DNA from: Octopus vulgaris
Lineage: Eukaryota
Direction of reading: 5' to 3'
Assembly (NCBI GenBank): GCA_951406725.2
Contig: OX597817.1
Coordinates: 167,400,001-167,464,000, forward strand
DNA length: 64,000 nt
A program made the position numbers and the translations under genes. The notes under the pieces are model-generated. The model did no database searches and was not told where the DNA came from. It saw only the letters and a list, made by a program, of their open reading frames with translations. Positions 1-13,065 of the stretch are shown here, piece after piece (the stretch's first letter is position 1; the number at the start of each line of letters is the position of its first letter).

Positions 1-216
1 GTCTGTTGAATGAATCATCACCAAGGCTTTAATTTGGTTATTTAAACCTGTTTAAAATTTTATGCGAGGCTGAGAGATTTTGGTTTATGAATGCATCAAT
101 AAAATTCTACCGGAACAGTTCTAAATTTTAAAACCCATTTAACGTTATTTCTTTTATACCTACGCCACTTCTGGAACCAAGCCTGAGTCGCATCTACAGT
201 TAATATTGGATTTGTT

Positions 217-247
<31 letters not shown>

Positions 248-251
248 GCCA

Positions 252-312
252 GATAACCGAAGAGATGGTGTTGTGGATTTCCACTTCGGCATCTGAAACT
301 CAGGGTTTTATC
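252..312 (+). ncRNA. Degenerate type I hammerhead-ribozyme-like motif in a short insert between (TA)n tracts
   Basis: gataa-CCGAAGA-gatg...catct-GAAAC-tcagggtt-ttatc. Stem I gataa/ttatc and stem II gatg/catc pair. The core has U4>C relative to CUGANGA, so it is probably inactive. Confidence 0.45.
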
Positions 313-411
313 TTGACTATCGAGTAATGTAACATATTATTGTATAGATAAATTTCCTCTATTTACATAATATTGAGGTCTCTTTCTTTCTTTTGTTATC
401 TTACCGTTTTA

Positions 412-454
<43 letters not shown>

Positions 455-456
<2 letters not shown>

Positions 457-790
457 TACAAAATTAGAGAATGGAGAAACATACTTAAATCAATAAAACA
501 TCAACTATCCGATGATACCCAATCAATACTTTAATACACCATTACATATGAGTAAAGGCATTATACAAAATGAGATATACAGTAATAGTAAAAAGATAAA
601 GAGATATAAGTAAAAAATTTCAAATATAATATGCAATTAAATCAAAACTGACAGCTGTTTCGGCAGTGAGGGCAGTCATACCTCATTTAACCTATAAGCC
701 ATAAAGGCAGGTATAAATGAGGCATTAACAAGGATGCCCCACGGCCTCTTCAGAGAATTAAATTAAATTTGTTATAATTGTGAAAAATAT
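455..790 (-). mobile_element. Penelope-like pLTR / retrozyme-like repeat carrying a hammerhead motif (copy 1)
   Basis: The reverse complement aligns by eye with ~5820-6140. It contains CTGAAGA-GGCCGT...CTGCC-GAAAC-AGCT-GTC (645-756), and its 3' end abuts a (TA)n tract. Confidence 0.65.
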
Positions 791-897
791 TATATAATCA
801 TATACATATAAATATAAAAATATAAAAATGTAAAATATAAAAACTTATACATCATAATGCTACACTTATATAATATAATACTCATTATATATATATA

Positions 898-1562
898 TAC
901 ATAGTCTGATCAATAAGTATCCGGACTATTGCATAGTAACGGACCTAAAGCACGCAGAGTGAAGCCACTTACCACATATTAACCTTGAACTCTGCTCTGC
1001 TTGTGCATTAAGTCTTAACGTTCTAGTTCACATCCGCTGTTTACAGCCGTGCTTGGAAGGAAGATATGAAGCGTGTGATGGTCGCATTGACCATGGCAGA
1101 GAAATTTGAGCAGAGAATCTGCATCAAATCTTGTCAAAAGCTTGGCGATACCTTCTCAGAGGCCTAAGCAAAGTTTTTCGAAAAGTTTTCATCGTTCTTG
1201 ATACAATCAAGGAGATTTTGTGCAAATAAAACCCTAGTGTCTCTTTGATCAGCTGAAAGCAGTTCGGGCACAAACTTGGCTGACACGCGTCTCATACACA
1301 GATCTTCAGTGATAATAGGCTGAACTCAACCGTAACTAATCTGCACATCCTCTGATAACTCACGGATGGTGATTCGATGCTCACACGCTACACACCTTCC
1401 TTCCAAACACTGCTGTAAACAGCAGATGTGAGTTGGAACGTTAAAACTTAGTGCGCATGCACAGCAGAGCTCAAGATCAATCTTCGCCAAGCAGCTTTAC
1501 TCTGCGTGCTTTGGCTTCGGTACTATAGCAACAGTCCGAATTCTTATTGATCAGACCTCGTA
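898..1562. mobile_element. Fold-back mariner derivative with ~180-bp inverted arms
   Basis: Termini gtctgatcaataagtatccggact and agtccgaattcttattgatcagacctcgta are inverted, and the arms ~900-1080 and ~1380-1562 are inverted copies. The + strand gives MAEKFEQRICIKSCQKLG; the - strand gives RITIRELSEDVQIS...MRRVSAKFVPELL (mariner N-terminal HTH region). Confidence 0.7.
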
Positions 1563-1576
1563 TGTATATATATATT

Positions 1577-1640
<64 letters not shown>

Positions 1641-1691
1641 TATATTATATTATATTATATTATATTATATTATATTATATTATATTATATT

Positions 1692-2372
1692 GAGGGCATT
1701 ACTATACATAAATGCCACACGCTAGGAGGGACTCTTAAAGTCAAAACTACCAAAATAAATAAACATATCGTATCGAATGCGAGGGAATGCAACTCTCAAA
1801 GCGAACCCTTTAAAAACAGAATTCAGCTGCAAATCTCAGGATTTCATAATTAGTGCAAAAATGCACTTTCTAATCTTCAGTGCAAGCATAATTCAAGATT
1901 TATAATGAACGAACAAAAATCAACATACCAGACGAACAAGCAATGTATCCAGCGTAGCATATAGAAATGTTCATCCTTTATACATCTATGTAAGAGGCGG
2001 GCTTTTTCGAATTGCATCTCGGTACAGCGTGTTTATTCGGAATAAAGATTCAGTACTGAATATACTCCGGTTAAATTTACAATTTAAAAATAGGATAAAA
2101 TCTTTATAAGAATTTATCATGTAGTTAGCGTGCAAAACCTCATAAGAGAAAAATCCATCAATTTTTCTCTTAAATATATTTATTTATACTATATTGAGGG
2201 CATTACTATACATAAATGCCACACGCTAGGAGGGACTCTTAAAGTCAAAACAACCAAAATACATAAACACATCGTATCGAATACGAGGGAATGCAACTCT
2301 CGAAGCGAGCCCTTCAGTACTGAATTTTTATTCCAAATAAACACTTTGTACCTAGATGCATTTCGAAAAAGC
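1692..2372. repeat. Unclassified repeat with local direct duplication and inversion
   Basis: gagggcattactatacataaatgcc...gggaatgcaactctc occurs at ~1692-1797 and ~2196-2300. ~2312-2374 is an imperfect reverse complement of ~1998-2060. Confidence 0.6.
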
Positions 2373-2429
2373 CCGAGCTGCTGTGTTTTATTGTTGGCTG
2401 CAATCTATTCACATCAAATTCTTGATCTC

Positions 2430-2945
2430 AGAGTCTCTAGACCCACACTCAACCACAGCAAATCTGTACTCATCAGAGAATATGACAGTGTACCAAAATG
2501 TTAGTGGCCTCTCCACCATCTCACTGGCCTAATCTTTTCTCCATTTGATGTTGGCTATTCGAAGAAGTGGCTTTTTTCTTGCTGCTCTGCCATAGCAACG
2601 AAATTTGTGAAGATACTTGACACCTGTTCAAGGACTGATATCAACTTGTTCCGCTGTGTCAGAGGCCCTGCAACGAGGATTATCCGGACACTTCTCTTAT
2701 CAAAGAGAAGCATTCTTGTCAGAGGGCCCTAGCATTCTTGTCAGAGGGCCCTGGTTGATCTGGACGAGGTGATGCGGACTCCTTCCCCTCTCTGATGAAT
2801 TGCACAATGACTCTGTTAACTGTAGAAAGCGGAATCCCAAAGTTTTCTAGGATTTTACGCTGACTATGACCGCCTTCAGAATTAGCCACAATACGGCCTT
2901 TTTGAAATTCAGACATTTTCAAGGCCTCTTTTGTACATAGCATGA
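2430..2945 (-). pseudogene. Decayed Tc1-family transposase fragment
   Basis: MSEFQKGRIVA...SQRKILENFGIPLSTVNRVI (paired-like HTH). Across frameshifts it continues ...RAARKKPLLRIANIKWRKD*ASEMVERPLTFWYTVIFSDEYRF (Tc1 KKP motif and first catalytic D, FSDE). Confidence 0.8.
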
Positions 2946-3125
2946 TTAAACAGTCACATATAGAACCCGAAACATAAACATGTCAATTAATTAAAAATAT
3001 AAACCTTTACAAGTAAGAATAAACATAGAACGATGTTCCACGACGTGTCTATGTATATGTGAAAGTGTGAGTTTGCGTTTGTGTTTGTATACATCTACAC
3101 ATACACACACATTTGCGCTTGTGTT

Positions 3126-3156
<31 letters not shown>

Positions 3157-3252
3157 CGGGAAGCTTTATGAAAATAAACAAAAGACGAAGGCAGGTGGAG
3201 GACAAACAAACAATTGTATTTGTATGGCGCTCAGGAAGAGAAATAAAACAAG

Positions 3253-3290
3253 TCTTTTACGTTTCGAGCCTACGCTCTTCAACAAAAAGA
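3253..3290 (-). ncRNA. Degenerate minimal hammerhead-like motif
   Basis: On -: tcttt-TTGTTGA-a-GAGC-gtag-GCTC-GAAAC-GTA-aaaga. Stems I and II pair, but the core has two mismatches to CUGAUGA. Confidence 0.4.
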
Positions 3291-3310
3291 TACACAGAAA
3301 AAAAAAATAT

Positions 3311-3389
<79 letters not shown>

Positions 3390-3404
3390 TAGATATATGT
3401 GTGT

Positions 3405-3449
<45 letters not shown>

Positions 3450-3799
3450 TACATTTATACATACACACACATACACATACACACATGACCGCATACACAC
3501 ATATATAAACAGTCGTTGTTGTACATTGTGAGGTTGATGGTGCCGATTCAAACATCCACTCGTCGTATTTCACTTCAGTTTATATTCAATTAATTAGAAA
3601 TGAGTTAAATGATTAGCAAATTAATTAATTAATTGATTAATTAATTGACTTGTCAAACTTCTTTCGTTTATATCTTGTCATCTTATCGGCAACGAAATGT
3701 CTCTCCTACATTCCTATACCTTCCTCCCCCTACGACACACATATGCAAACGTGTTTATACATTCATATATGCATATATAAATCTATGCACACACATATG

Positions 3800-3875
<76 letters not shown>

Positions 3876-3937
3876 AGTGTAGACCAAGGTACTGTAAGAT
3901 ATATTAGGCGCAGGTATGTGCGTGTGGATATGTGTGG

Positions 3938-3975
<38 letters not shown>

Positions 3976-4126
3976 ACACGCACAACACACAGACATATAC
4001 ATACATGTTCAATAGCAGGATTCGCTAGAATCTAGTTATTTCAAAGTGTAGAACGCTAGGAAAGGCCGGGTACTGGGCTTACAATACGCTGGAGCAATTT
4101 AAAGTTGTCCGCTGGTTGTATGCTGT

Positions 4127-4199
<73 letters not shown>

Positions 4200-4552
4200 C
4201 GTGTATGTGTGTATACATATATTTTTCGTGAGACGCACACCATTCCTCCATGAAATCGGCGGGAAAAATTAACATGAAACCAAAGGCAGCATTAATACAC
4301 AAATAAGGAATCTTTACTAACCAATGCGGTGTTGAATACTCTTTCTCATTGTTCGACTATTACACACACACGCATGCACACATACACACACACACACATA
4401 TACATACTTACTTAGATACATATATATATATATATATATACACGTACATATATATATATTTATATATAATATATATGCATATATATGTATAATATTTATA
4501 TATACATATATATATACATATATTTGTGTGTATATATATATTTAGATAGATA

Positions 4553-4643
<91 letters not shown>

Positions 4644-4667
4644 TGTGTGTGCATATAGAAGTATGGT

Positions 4668-4782
4668 AGATAATCCTCATTGCAAGGCCTCTGACATTGC
4701 AGAACAACAAGTTGATCTGAGTCCCAGAACAACTGGCAGGTATCTCCACAAACTTGGTTGCTATGTCAGAGCAACGAGAAAG
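4668..4782 (+). mobile_element. Second fragment of the same Tc1 transposase family
   Basis: Homologous to the reverse complement of ~2575-2690. Translates DNPHCKASDIAEQQVDLSPRTTGRYLHKLGCYVRATRK. Confidence 0.65.
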
Positions 4783-4794
4783 ATCAACATATAC

Positions 4795-5182
4795 GTGGCT
4801 GTGTGGTAAGTAGCTTGCTAACCAACCACATGGTTCCGGGTTCAATCCTACTGCGTGGCATCTTGGGCAATTGTCTTCTGCTATAGCCCCGGGCCAACCA
4901 ATGCCTTGTGAGTGAATTTGGTAGACGGAAACTGAAAGAAGCCTGTCGTATATATGTATATATATATGTGTATGTGTGTGTGTTTGTGTGTCTGTGTTTG
5001 TCCCCCTAGCATTGCTTGACAACCGATTCTGGTGTGTTTATGTTCCCGTTACTTAGCGGTTCGGCAAAGGAGACCGATAGAATAAGTACTGGGCTTACAA
5101 AAGAATAAGTCCCGGGGTCGAGTTGCTCGATTAAAGGCGGTGCTTCAGCATGGCCGCAGTCAAATGACTGAAACAAGTAAAA
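4795..5182 (+). mobile_element. SINE family A (tRNA-like head, CORE-like segment, internal TA/TG microsatellite, gtaaaaga tail)
   Basis: A-box-like tggctgtgtgg, B-box-like ggttcaatcc, then cttgggcaa... and the shared 3' end cagcatggccgcagtcaaatgactgaaacaagtaaaa. More than 15 similar copies in the window. Confidence 0.9.
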
Positions 5183-5262
5183 ATTTTAAAAAAATAAAAA
5201 AAATTTTTTAATTTAAAATTTAAATTTATATACTTTATTTAAAAGCAGCAGAAAATATAGCA

Positions 5263-5306
5263 AAAGCTGTTACACAGAGTTTCACGTTCCCGTTCGTCGG
5301 ACAGTT
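5263..5306 (-). ncRNA. Minimal hammerhead-like motif (family shared with ~44600)
   Basis: On -: ctgt-CCGACGA-ACG-ggaa-CGT-GAAAC-tctgt-GTA-acag. The flank tactttatt..aagcagcagaaaat is shared with the 44565-44645 copy. Confidence 0.5.
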
Positions 5307-5354
5307 TTCTTAATACATATATATATAGAATGGTTGTATACTGTCAATCTAACG

Positions 5355-5471
5355 TGACAGTAGGGGATTACACCACCGCTGTTTAGCCCTAGGAAGCATC
5401 GACGCTTCCTGATGGCTTCAACACATTTTTTCCTGTGTCCTTATATATTTACGAAGGGGAGACAAACACCC

Positions 5472-5549
<78 letters not shown>

Positions 5550-5664
5550 GTGTTTGTCTCCCCTTCGTAAATATATAAGGACACAGGAAAAAATGTGTTG
5601 AAGCCATCAGGAAGCGTCGATGCTTCCTAGGGCTAAACAGCGGTGGTGTAATCCCCTACTGTCA
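5355..5664. repeat. Near-perfect ~120-bp-arm palindrome centred on a (TA)n tract
   Basis: tgacagtaggggattacaccaccg...gggagacaaacacccc-(TA)n-ggggtgtttgtctcccc...cggtggtgtaatcccctactgtca. Confidence 0.95.
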
Positions 5665-5819
5665 TAAAATGAGATAGGGGTTGAAAATTCAACCCACCAT
5701 GGGATAACATATATCCAATATACTTTTGTATTATTGTATTAATGAGTATATATATGTGTGTAGTATTATGAGTGTCTATGCACACGTTTTTATATTTTAT
5801 ATTTATATGTAAAAAAAAT

Positions 5820-6136
5820 TTTTCACACTTATAATAAATTAAATTCTCTGAAGAGGCCGTGGGACATCCTTGTTAATGTCTCATTTATACCTGCCTTATA
5901 TGGCTTATAGGTTAAATGAGGCATACTTGTCCTTACGGCCGAAACAGCTGTCAGATATGATATAATTATATATTATATTTTATATTTTATATTTCTATTT
6001 CCTTGTCTAATTATATTTACAATATATTTTGTATAATGCCTTTGCTGTTATGTAATGGTGTAATAAAGTATTGATTGGGTATCATCTGATGGTTGATGTT
6101 TGATTGATTTAAGTATGTTTCTCCATTTTCTAATTT

Positions 6137-6140
<4 letters not shown>
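5820..6140 (+). mobile_element. Penelope-like pLTR / retrozyme-like repeat (copy 2)
   Basis: Homologous to 455-790 in inverted orientation, carries an intact hammerhead core, and its 3' end (...ttctaattttgta) abuts (TA)n. Confidence 0.7.
5845..5955 (+). ncRNA. Type I hammerhead ribozyme with long stem II and palindromic stem III
   Basis: tct-CTGAAGA (5848-5854)-GGCCGT...ACGGCC (5935-5940)-GAAAC-AGCT-GTC^aga. All conserved core nucleotides are present. Stem II extends with ctcattta/taaatgag, acct/aggt and gcc/ggc. Confidence 0.75.
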
Positions 6141-6192
<52 letters not shown>

Positions 6193-6559
6193 AGTGAACA
6201 TAAGGGGTCCATGGGAAAACTCATTTAAAAGAAAGGGTTGGGAACTACTGTAAATTCAGAAATGCCATGAATAGGAGGAAGGGAAATATAATGAGAAATT
6301 CGAGATAAAGAAAAGACTTGAAATGGTAAGGACAAGAAACCAGAATAAAGGTACAGGATAAATCTAAAAGAGTACCCATGAATATTGACTGGGTATTATC
6401 AGATCAGTTACAGTTTGAAATTAAAAATATTCATTACTTAAAAAATAAACTATTAGTTACATAGAAAATAATTTAAGTTGGAGACATTAAAGTGTAGAGA
6501 CATTGTATAAAATGTCACATGTAATAAAGAAGGAGAACTACAAAGAATTCAAATGCTAA

Positions 6560-7120
6560 ATGGAATTTTAAGAAAGTTTTATTGAATTCGTGGGAACAAC
6601 GGAACAATAATTCATTACACTTATTAGATCAGAACTTACACTTGAGAATTTCGAGTGCATCCATACAACACAAATTACAGATATCCTGCGCCCTTGTGTG
6701 AAGTGCAATACATATAACTGACTACGAAATTTAGTAATTGTCATTCTTCTGTTTGAGATCACAATTAAATTTTATCTAGTGAAATGCTAAGTTCTTTCCA
6801 TTTATGATTTAATGCATGTAAATGTTTATGCAATCCACATTTCAATTCAAATGTTAAGGCTTCTATGTAGTAATATATTTTATCAGGTGTTTTAACAGAA
6901 CATCTTTATACTAAATTAGTTCTAACATATTGGTTATTTAAAAGGCATTTATATTGATCCATATAGTTACATATACCATCAGGTTTATTATCTGAAGAGA
7001 CATTGTCTATCGCATTATAATTTTCTTGCTTGTACTGGGAAAGGAATCTAATGTACTATTATTTTTTTATACTAGCGATATATTATTTACAAAGGACCTA
7101 GAATAGTATTTACTACTTGA
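6560..7120 (-). pseudogene. Decayed Penelope-like element ORF, GIY-YIG endonuclease / C-terminal region
   Basis: Manual translation across stops and frameshifts gives KCLLNNQYVRTNLV*RCSVK...YYYIEALTFELKCGLHKH...DLKQKND...QDICNLCCMDALEILK...NKCNELLFRCSH. This matches the recalled PLE pattern CPL..C...VY...YIG...CxLC..E...LN.R.EL...C.H. Confidence 0.6.
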
Positions 7121-7611
7121 ATAATTAAAGACGTGCCCCCAATTACTAATGTTTTTTAAATTTCTTATCGTTAACTGCTGCTATATTATTAGGTAATTTA
7201 GGCGTGGTAAAGTACACAAATTTCACAATGTGTCTATTGAAGATTTTACTATGCTATAGGAGAATAATGCTCCTCCAAAGCTCCAAAGAAGGTTTCTGCG
7301 ATATCTGGAGTTACAACAATTTTAAAAGTGGGTTAAACCATGTATTATTTCTCTTACACAGCCACCATTGTTTCTGTGTTATTTTTCTACATGTGAAGTT
7401 TCATTTTTCATTTACAGCAGCTATAGTGAGCTGGAAGTTGGCGCAAATATTCCCCCTTGCTTCACACCAGTTTTGACCTCAACTAATGGCGACGCTCGTT
7501 CATTGATAGCATTGAATTCTCTGTGGTGTCATGGAAGGAGTGGGTGGAGGCGATGAATTTAGGTGAAATGTCAAGTTTCTAAAGTATTATCTGCAGTACT
7601 TCACAGTATAT

Positions 7612-7928
7612 ACTTGTTTCAGTCATTTGACTGTGGCCATGCTGGAGCACCGCCTTTAGTTGAGTAAATCGACCTCGGGACTTATTATATCGGTCTCTTT
7701 TGCCGAAGCGCTAAGTTACGGGGACGTAAACACACCAGCATCGGTTGTCAAGCGATGTTGGAGGGACAAACACAGACGCACAAACATATATAGACACACG
7801 TACGATAGAATAAGTACTGGGCTTACAAAGAATAAGTTCCGGGGTCGATTTGCTCGACTAAAGGCGGTGCTCCAGCATGGCCGCTGTCAAATGACTGAAA
7901 CAAGTAAAAGAGTAAAAGAGTAAAGAGT
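7612..7928. mobile_element. Two truncated SINE-A 3' fragments in inverted arrangement
   Basis: 7612-7800 is a - strand 3' half and 7803-7928 is a + strand 3' part with (gtaaaaga)n tail. Confidence 0.85.
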
Positions 7929-8564
7929 ATGTATGTATTTATATATGTATGTATGTTTATATATATAAAATATGTGTTTTTGCGCGCGCACGTATGTTCC
8001 TTATGGATTCGAAAACTCAGTTGCCGATTTTGACGCCTGAGGTACCGAAAGCTTCAGTAATCTTTTCGCACAATTCTGAAGTCTTTAGCTAACGGTGGCA
8101 ACTCTACCTGAAAACGTTTTTTTATGTCTTTGAGCATAATAAGAAAATGCTTAAAATATATGGGGTTTTACCAGGGAACAAAACTTCGAAGATATACCGT
8201 CATCTTTATTAGTATTATTAAGTAGATAATTTTTTAATATGAAGTATGTTTGTGTGTGTTTTGTTTAGCCCAGAGTTGCCGCTGATGAAGCAGACCCATC
8301 GCATACTTCTTTTTTTTCTTCTGCCTGAAATACTGTAAATCTGTGTCTTTCTTTTGAAGAAAGGGTCTGTTGTAAGAGAGATTTGGCTGCTATTTAGATC
8401 TCACTCATTAGGTATTGGAATCTTACATATATACCATTCTGCCTAAAAAATGGATCTACGAATTCAATATCCCTACGTATCTCACATCTATTTTCTTTCC
8501 TCCACCTCACTCACTATTTTGTCTCCTATCTAAATAAACTATTACTAAACCATCCTCTCACACC

Positions 8565-8616
8565 GTCTCCGATGAAGGGGTATAACTAATAAATCTCCTG
8601 GAAACACCTGTAAGAC
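8565..8616 (+). ncRNA. Degenerate hammerhead-like motif
   Basis: gtct-CCGATGA-agggg...ctcctg-GAAAC-acct-GTA-agac. Stem I gtct/agac is perfect; the core has U4>C. Confidence 0.5.
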
Positions 8617-8707
8617 CTTCTATCTATAAATGTTCTAACATCTACTTAGCCTTGGCTTTTTATCTCATTATGAAAAATATTCTAATATAAATAAATAAGT
8701 AAATATA

Positions 8708-9107
8708 GGAGTGGCTGTGTGGTAAGTAGCTTGCTAACCAACCACATGGTTCCGGGTTCAGTCCCACTGCGTGGCATCTTGGGCAAGTGTCTTCTGCTAT
8801 AGCCTCGGGCCGACCAATGCCTTGTGAGTGGATTTGGTAGACAGAAACTGAAAGAAACCTGTCGTATATATGTATATATATATGTATGTGTGTGTGTGTT
8901 TGTGTGTCTCTGTTTGTCCCCCTAGCATTGCTTCACAACCGATGCTGGTGTGTTTATGTCCCCGTTACTTAGCGGTTCGGCAAAAGAGACCGATAGAATA
9001 AGTACTGGGCTTACAAAAGAATAAGTCCCGGGGTCGAGTTGCTCGATTAAAGGTGGTGCTCCAGCATGGCCGCAGTCAAATGACTGAAACAAGTAAAAGA
9101 GTAAAGA

Positions 9108-9109
<2 letters not shown>
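8708..9109 (+). mobile_element. SINE family A, full length
   Basis: Runs from ggagtggctgtgtggtaag to gaaacaagtaaaagagtaaagag, followed directly by (TA)n. Confidence 0.92.
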
Positions 9110-9192
<83 letters not shown>

Positions 9193-9257
9193 TAGATAAG
9201 AAAGTTGGTTTGTGAAAGCACGTGGTTGAATATATAGAAAATAGTAAAAAGTGAAAA

Positions 9258-9314
<57 letters not shown>

Positions 9315-9321
9315 AATAGAT

Positions 9322-10563
<1,242 letters not shown>

Positions 10564-11011
10564 GATAGATAGATAGATAGATATTACCATTAGTATGTGT
10601 ATACGTTTTAGCGCAATCTTTTTGGAAATTCTGCATGAAGATGCATCCATGATGTATTATAAGAGACCGCCATAATTAAAAGACTGAAAACGGCTGACGT
10701 TGCATTTGCCGAATCCACTCTGCACTAGTTTATTGTCTGCATAAATATAGGAAATGAGAATTTGTAAAGTTTCAATCGAAATGTTGCCTCTTGTGGCTTA
10801 AGGCTTTGTTGTCGCTGGTTTAACTAATTTCAGTTTCCTTTATATATTTCCGGCTGGTGACAGTTCATGTCGTGTTGCTACGAATGCAAGTAGTTTAAAG
10901 AAACGTAATTTGTGTCACGTTAAAATGTACTTTTTTTTTTTCCTTTTCAGGATAGGCAGTCAGGTAGACAGAATGACAGACTGACAGACAGACAGATAGA
11001 TAGATAGATAG

Positions 11012-11111
<100 letters not shown>

Positions 11112-11127
11112 GATAGATAGATAGATA

Positions 11128-11304
11128 AGTTTCTTTATTGGCCACACAGGGCTGCACACAGATGGGACAAGTTACAAGGTAGAGCTTTTCTTTTGGGGGA
11201 TGAAAAAAACAAAAGAAAAAAAAGGGGGTGGCGTAGGTTTTCGATCAAGAGGGATCGTAAAAGGGAAGAAAAGAACAAAAAAAATAATAAAAATAATAAT
11301 AAAA
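11128..11304 (-). mobile_element. 3'-UTR-only copy of the same Tx1-like LINE
   Basis: gtttctttattggccacacagggctgcacacaga...ttacaaggtagagcttttc matches 9324-9390, with (GATA)n on both sides. Confidence 0.85.
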
Positions 11305-11305
11305 G

Positions 11306-11337
<32 letters not shown>

Positions 11338-11361
11338 ATAAATAGATAGATAGAGAGAGAG

Positions 11362-11436
<75 letters not shown>

Positions 11437-11549
11437 GAAAGAGAGAAAGAGAGAGAGAGGAGAAGGAGAAGGAGGAGGGAGAGAGAGATAAGTAGATAGA
11501 TAGGCAGAGAGATAGACTGAAGGCACACAGACAGAAAGTTTAACCCATC

Positions 11550-11584
<35 letters not shown>

Positions 11585-12133
11585 CATACTCATTTGTATG
11601 TTTATGTGTATAATTTACTTCCTTTTATCTATTAGATTTCTTCCTAACCGGAAGGAACTAGTTTCTAGCAACGAAATAAAAGGCTTCATCGCTCATATTT
11701 CAATAGCGACAACGATAATTGTTATATACCGAACATTAGGAAAATACTGCTATTTTTTTGCAATCTTTTACTATAATCAGTCAAAGAGATTGTGTCTATA
11801 AAACACTTGTCAGCGATCCCTTTCCTTTGCCGAAACATCCCATTTTTTTTCGAATTGAGACTTACTAAACACATTCACATTTATTATCATAACCAAATTC
11901 ACCAATGACTATTTGTGTGAATGTGAATTCATAATTAAGGTAGAGAAACGGTTGTCCGTAGACATACACCTTCTTGCTAATTTTAGAAGAGTCGTTCACG
12001 TCTGCAAGCAAGTAATCCTTATGAATATACGTGATTTTTCTTGTCTGGCCCAGATACCTTTATCGGGCGTGTTATGCTTGTACATGGTAGAGTTTTTAAT
12101 ATGAATATTCCACCGCTATTCCTTTTATTGATA

Positions 12134-12515
12134 CTAGCAGTATCGCCCGGCGTTGCTCGGGTTTGATTCGACCCTTTAGAATTGGAATTTTTGAAAAGTA
12201 AAAATTTTGCATTATGTAGCTCTTTAAGTGAACATTTTTCTGGCTGAAATACACCGAACAATGGCGACACAGCAGTCAAAAATTCGTAAAAAATAGGGAT
12301 TTTCATAGAAAAAAAAGCACCTTTTTGATGTAAATAATTTTTGGTGTTAACTTGGTCCGATTTGAATTTTTTCTTCTACGGAAGGAAGAGCAAGCCTTCT
12401 TCTATCAAACTCTCAATTTTGGTCAACTTGCGCTGCAGGGTCTCGGAGGAGATAGTATTAGTTGAAGGCTACCAAACCTGCCATACACAGACAACTTCAG
12501 CTTTATATAGAGAGA
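12134..12515 (-). mobile_element. Non-autonomous Helitron-like element
   Basis: On -, it starts TC(tctatataaagctgaag) and ends cccgagcaacgccggg (hairpin) ...ctgCTAG. It is inserted between A and T, and a second copy lies at 26216-26604. Confidence 0.75.
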
Positions 12516-12544
12516 TTATATATCTAATAGCAGTGGCGTTGTTT

Positions 12545-12720
12545 ATATATAACCCAGGATAGTGTTTTCCGCAGATAGCATCATATATTATTTTAGCAAC
12601 TACATCACATCGCAGTGGGAGATAGTACCCCGGTAGCATTTTTGGGCAGCTGCTGATTGCATGCATTACGTCCTCCACAAAAGAATTACATAATCAACAG
12701 CTAAAGGCTTCGCTGTTGGA
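12545..12720 (-). pseudogene. Fragment of an RLE-type LINE (R4/Dong-like), zinc-knuckle region
   Basis: EDVMHAISSCPKMLPGYYLPLRCDVVAKIIY is homologous to the H/C...RHD segment of the 23546-24958 element. Confidence 0.6.
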
Positions 12721-13065
12721 TCTTTCATCTGCTCTTGGATCGGAAAAGCGTAACGGCCACGAGTGCAAGAGATTCGATACTTGATGTTAATAGCTTCAAT
12801 CTCCTCAAGTTTAAGGAAACATACCCATTCAAAACATTTTTGTGTTATGCAGGGTGTTTCTCTTCCAAGTCCTCGTTGAGGTACACTAGTCCTGCACGTC
12901 TGGGTTCACACAACAGTCATTAACGAATGAGTGGTTCTTGAGGTGTTAACTCCCAAGCCCCAAGATGTTATTCACTTCATTTTTGAGCTCTTAATTGATG
13001 GATTTATTTTTTCCTACTGTTCTTTACAAGATGCTATCAAATGGCACCAACAAAAACAAAAAAGC

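Noticed and set aside
7955-8225. Third Helitron-like copy
   Set aside because: The start (tatatatataaaa) is suggestive, but the 3' hairpin and CTAG end are not preserved.
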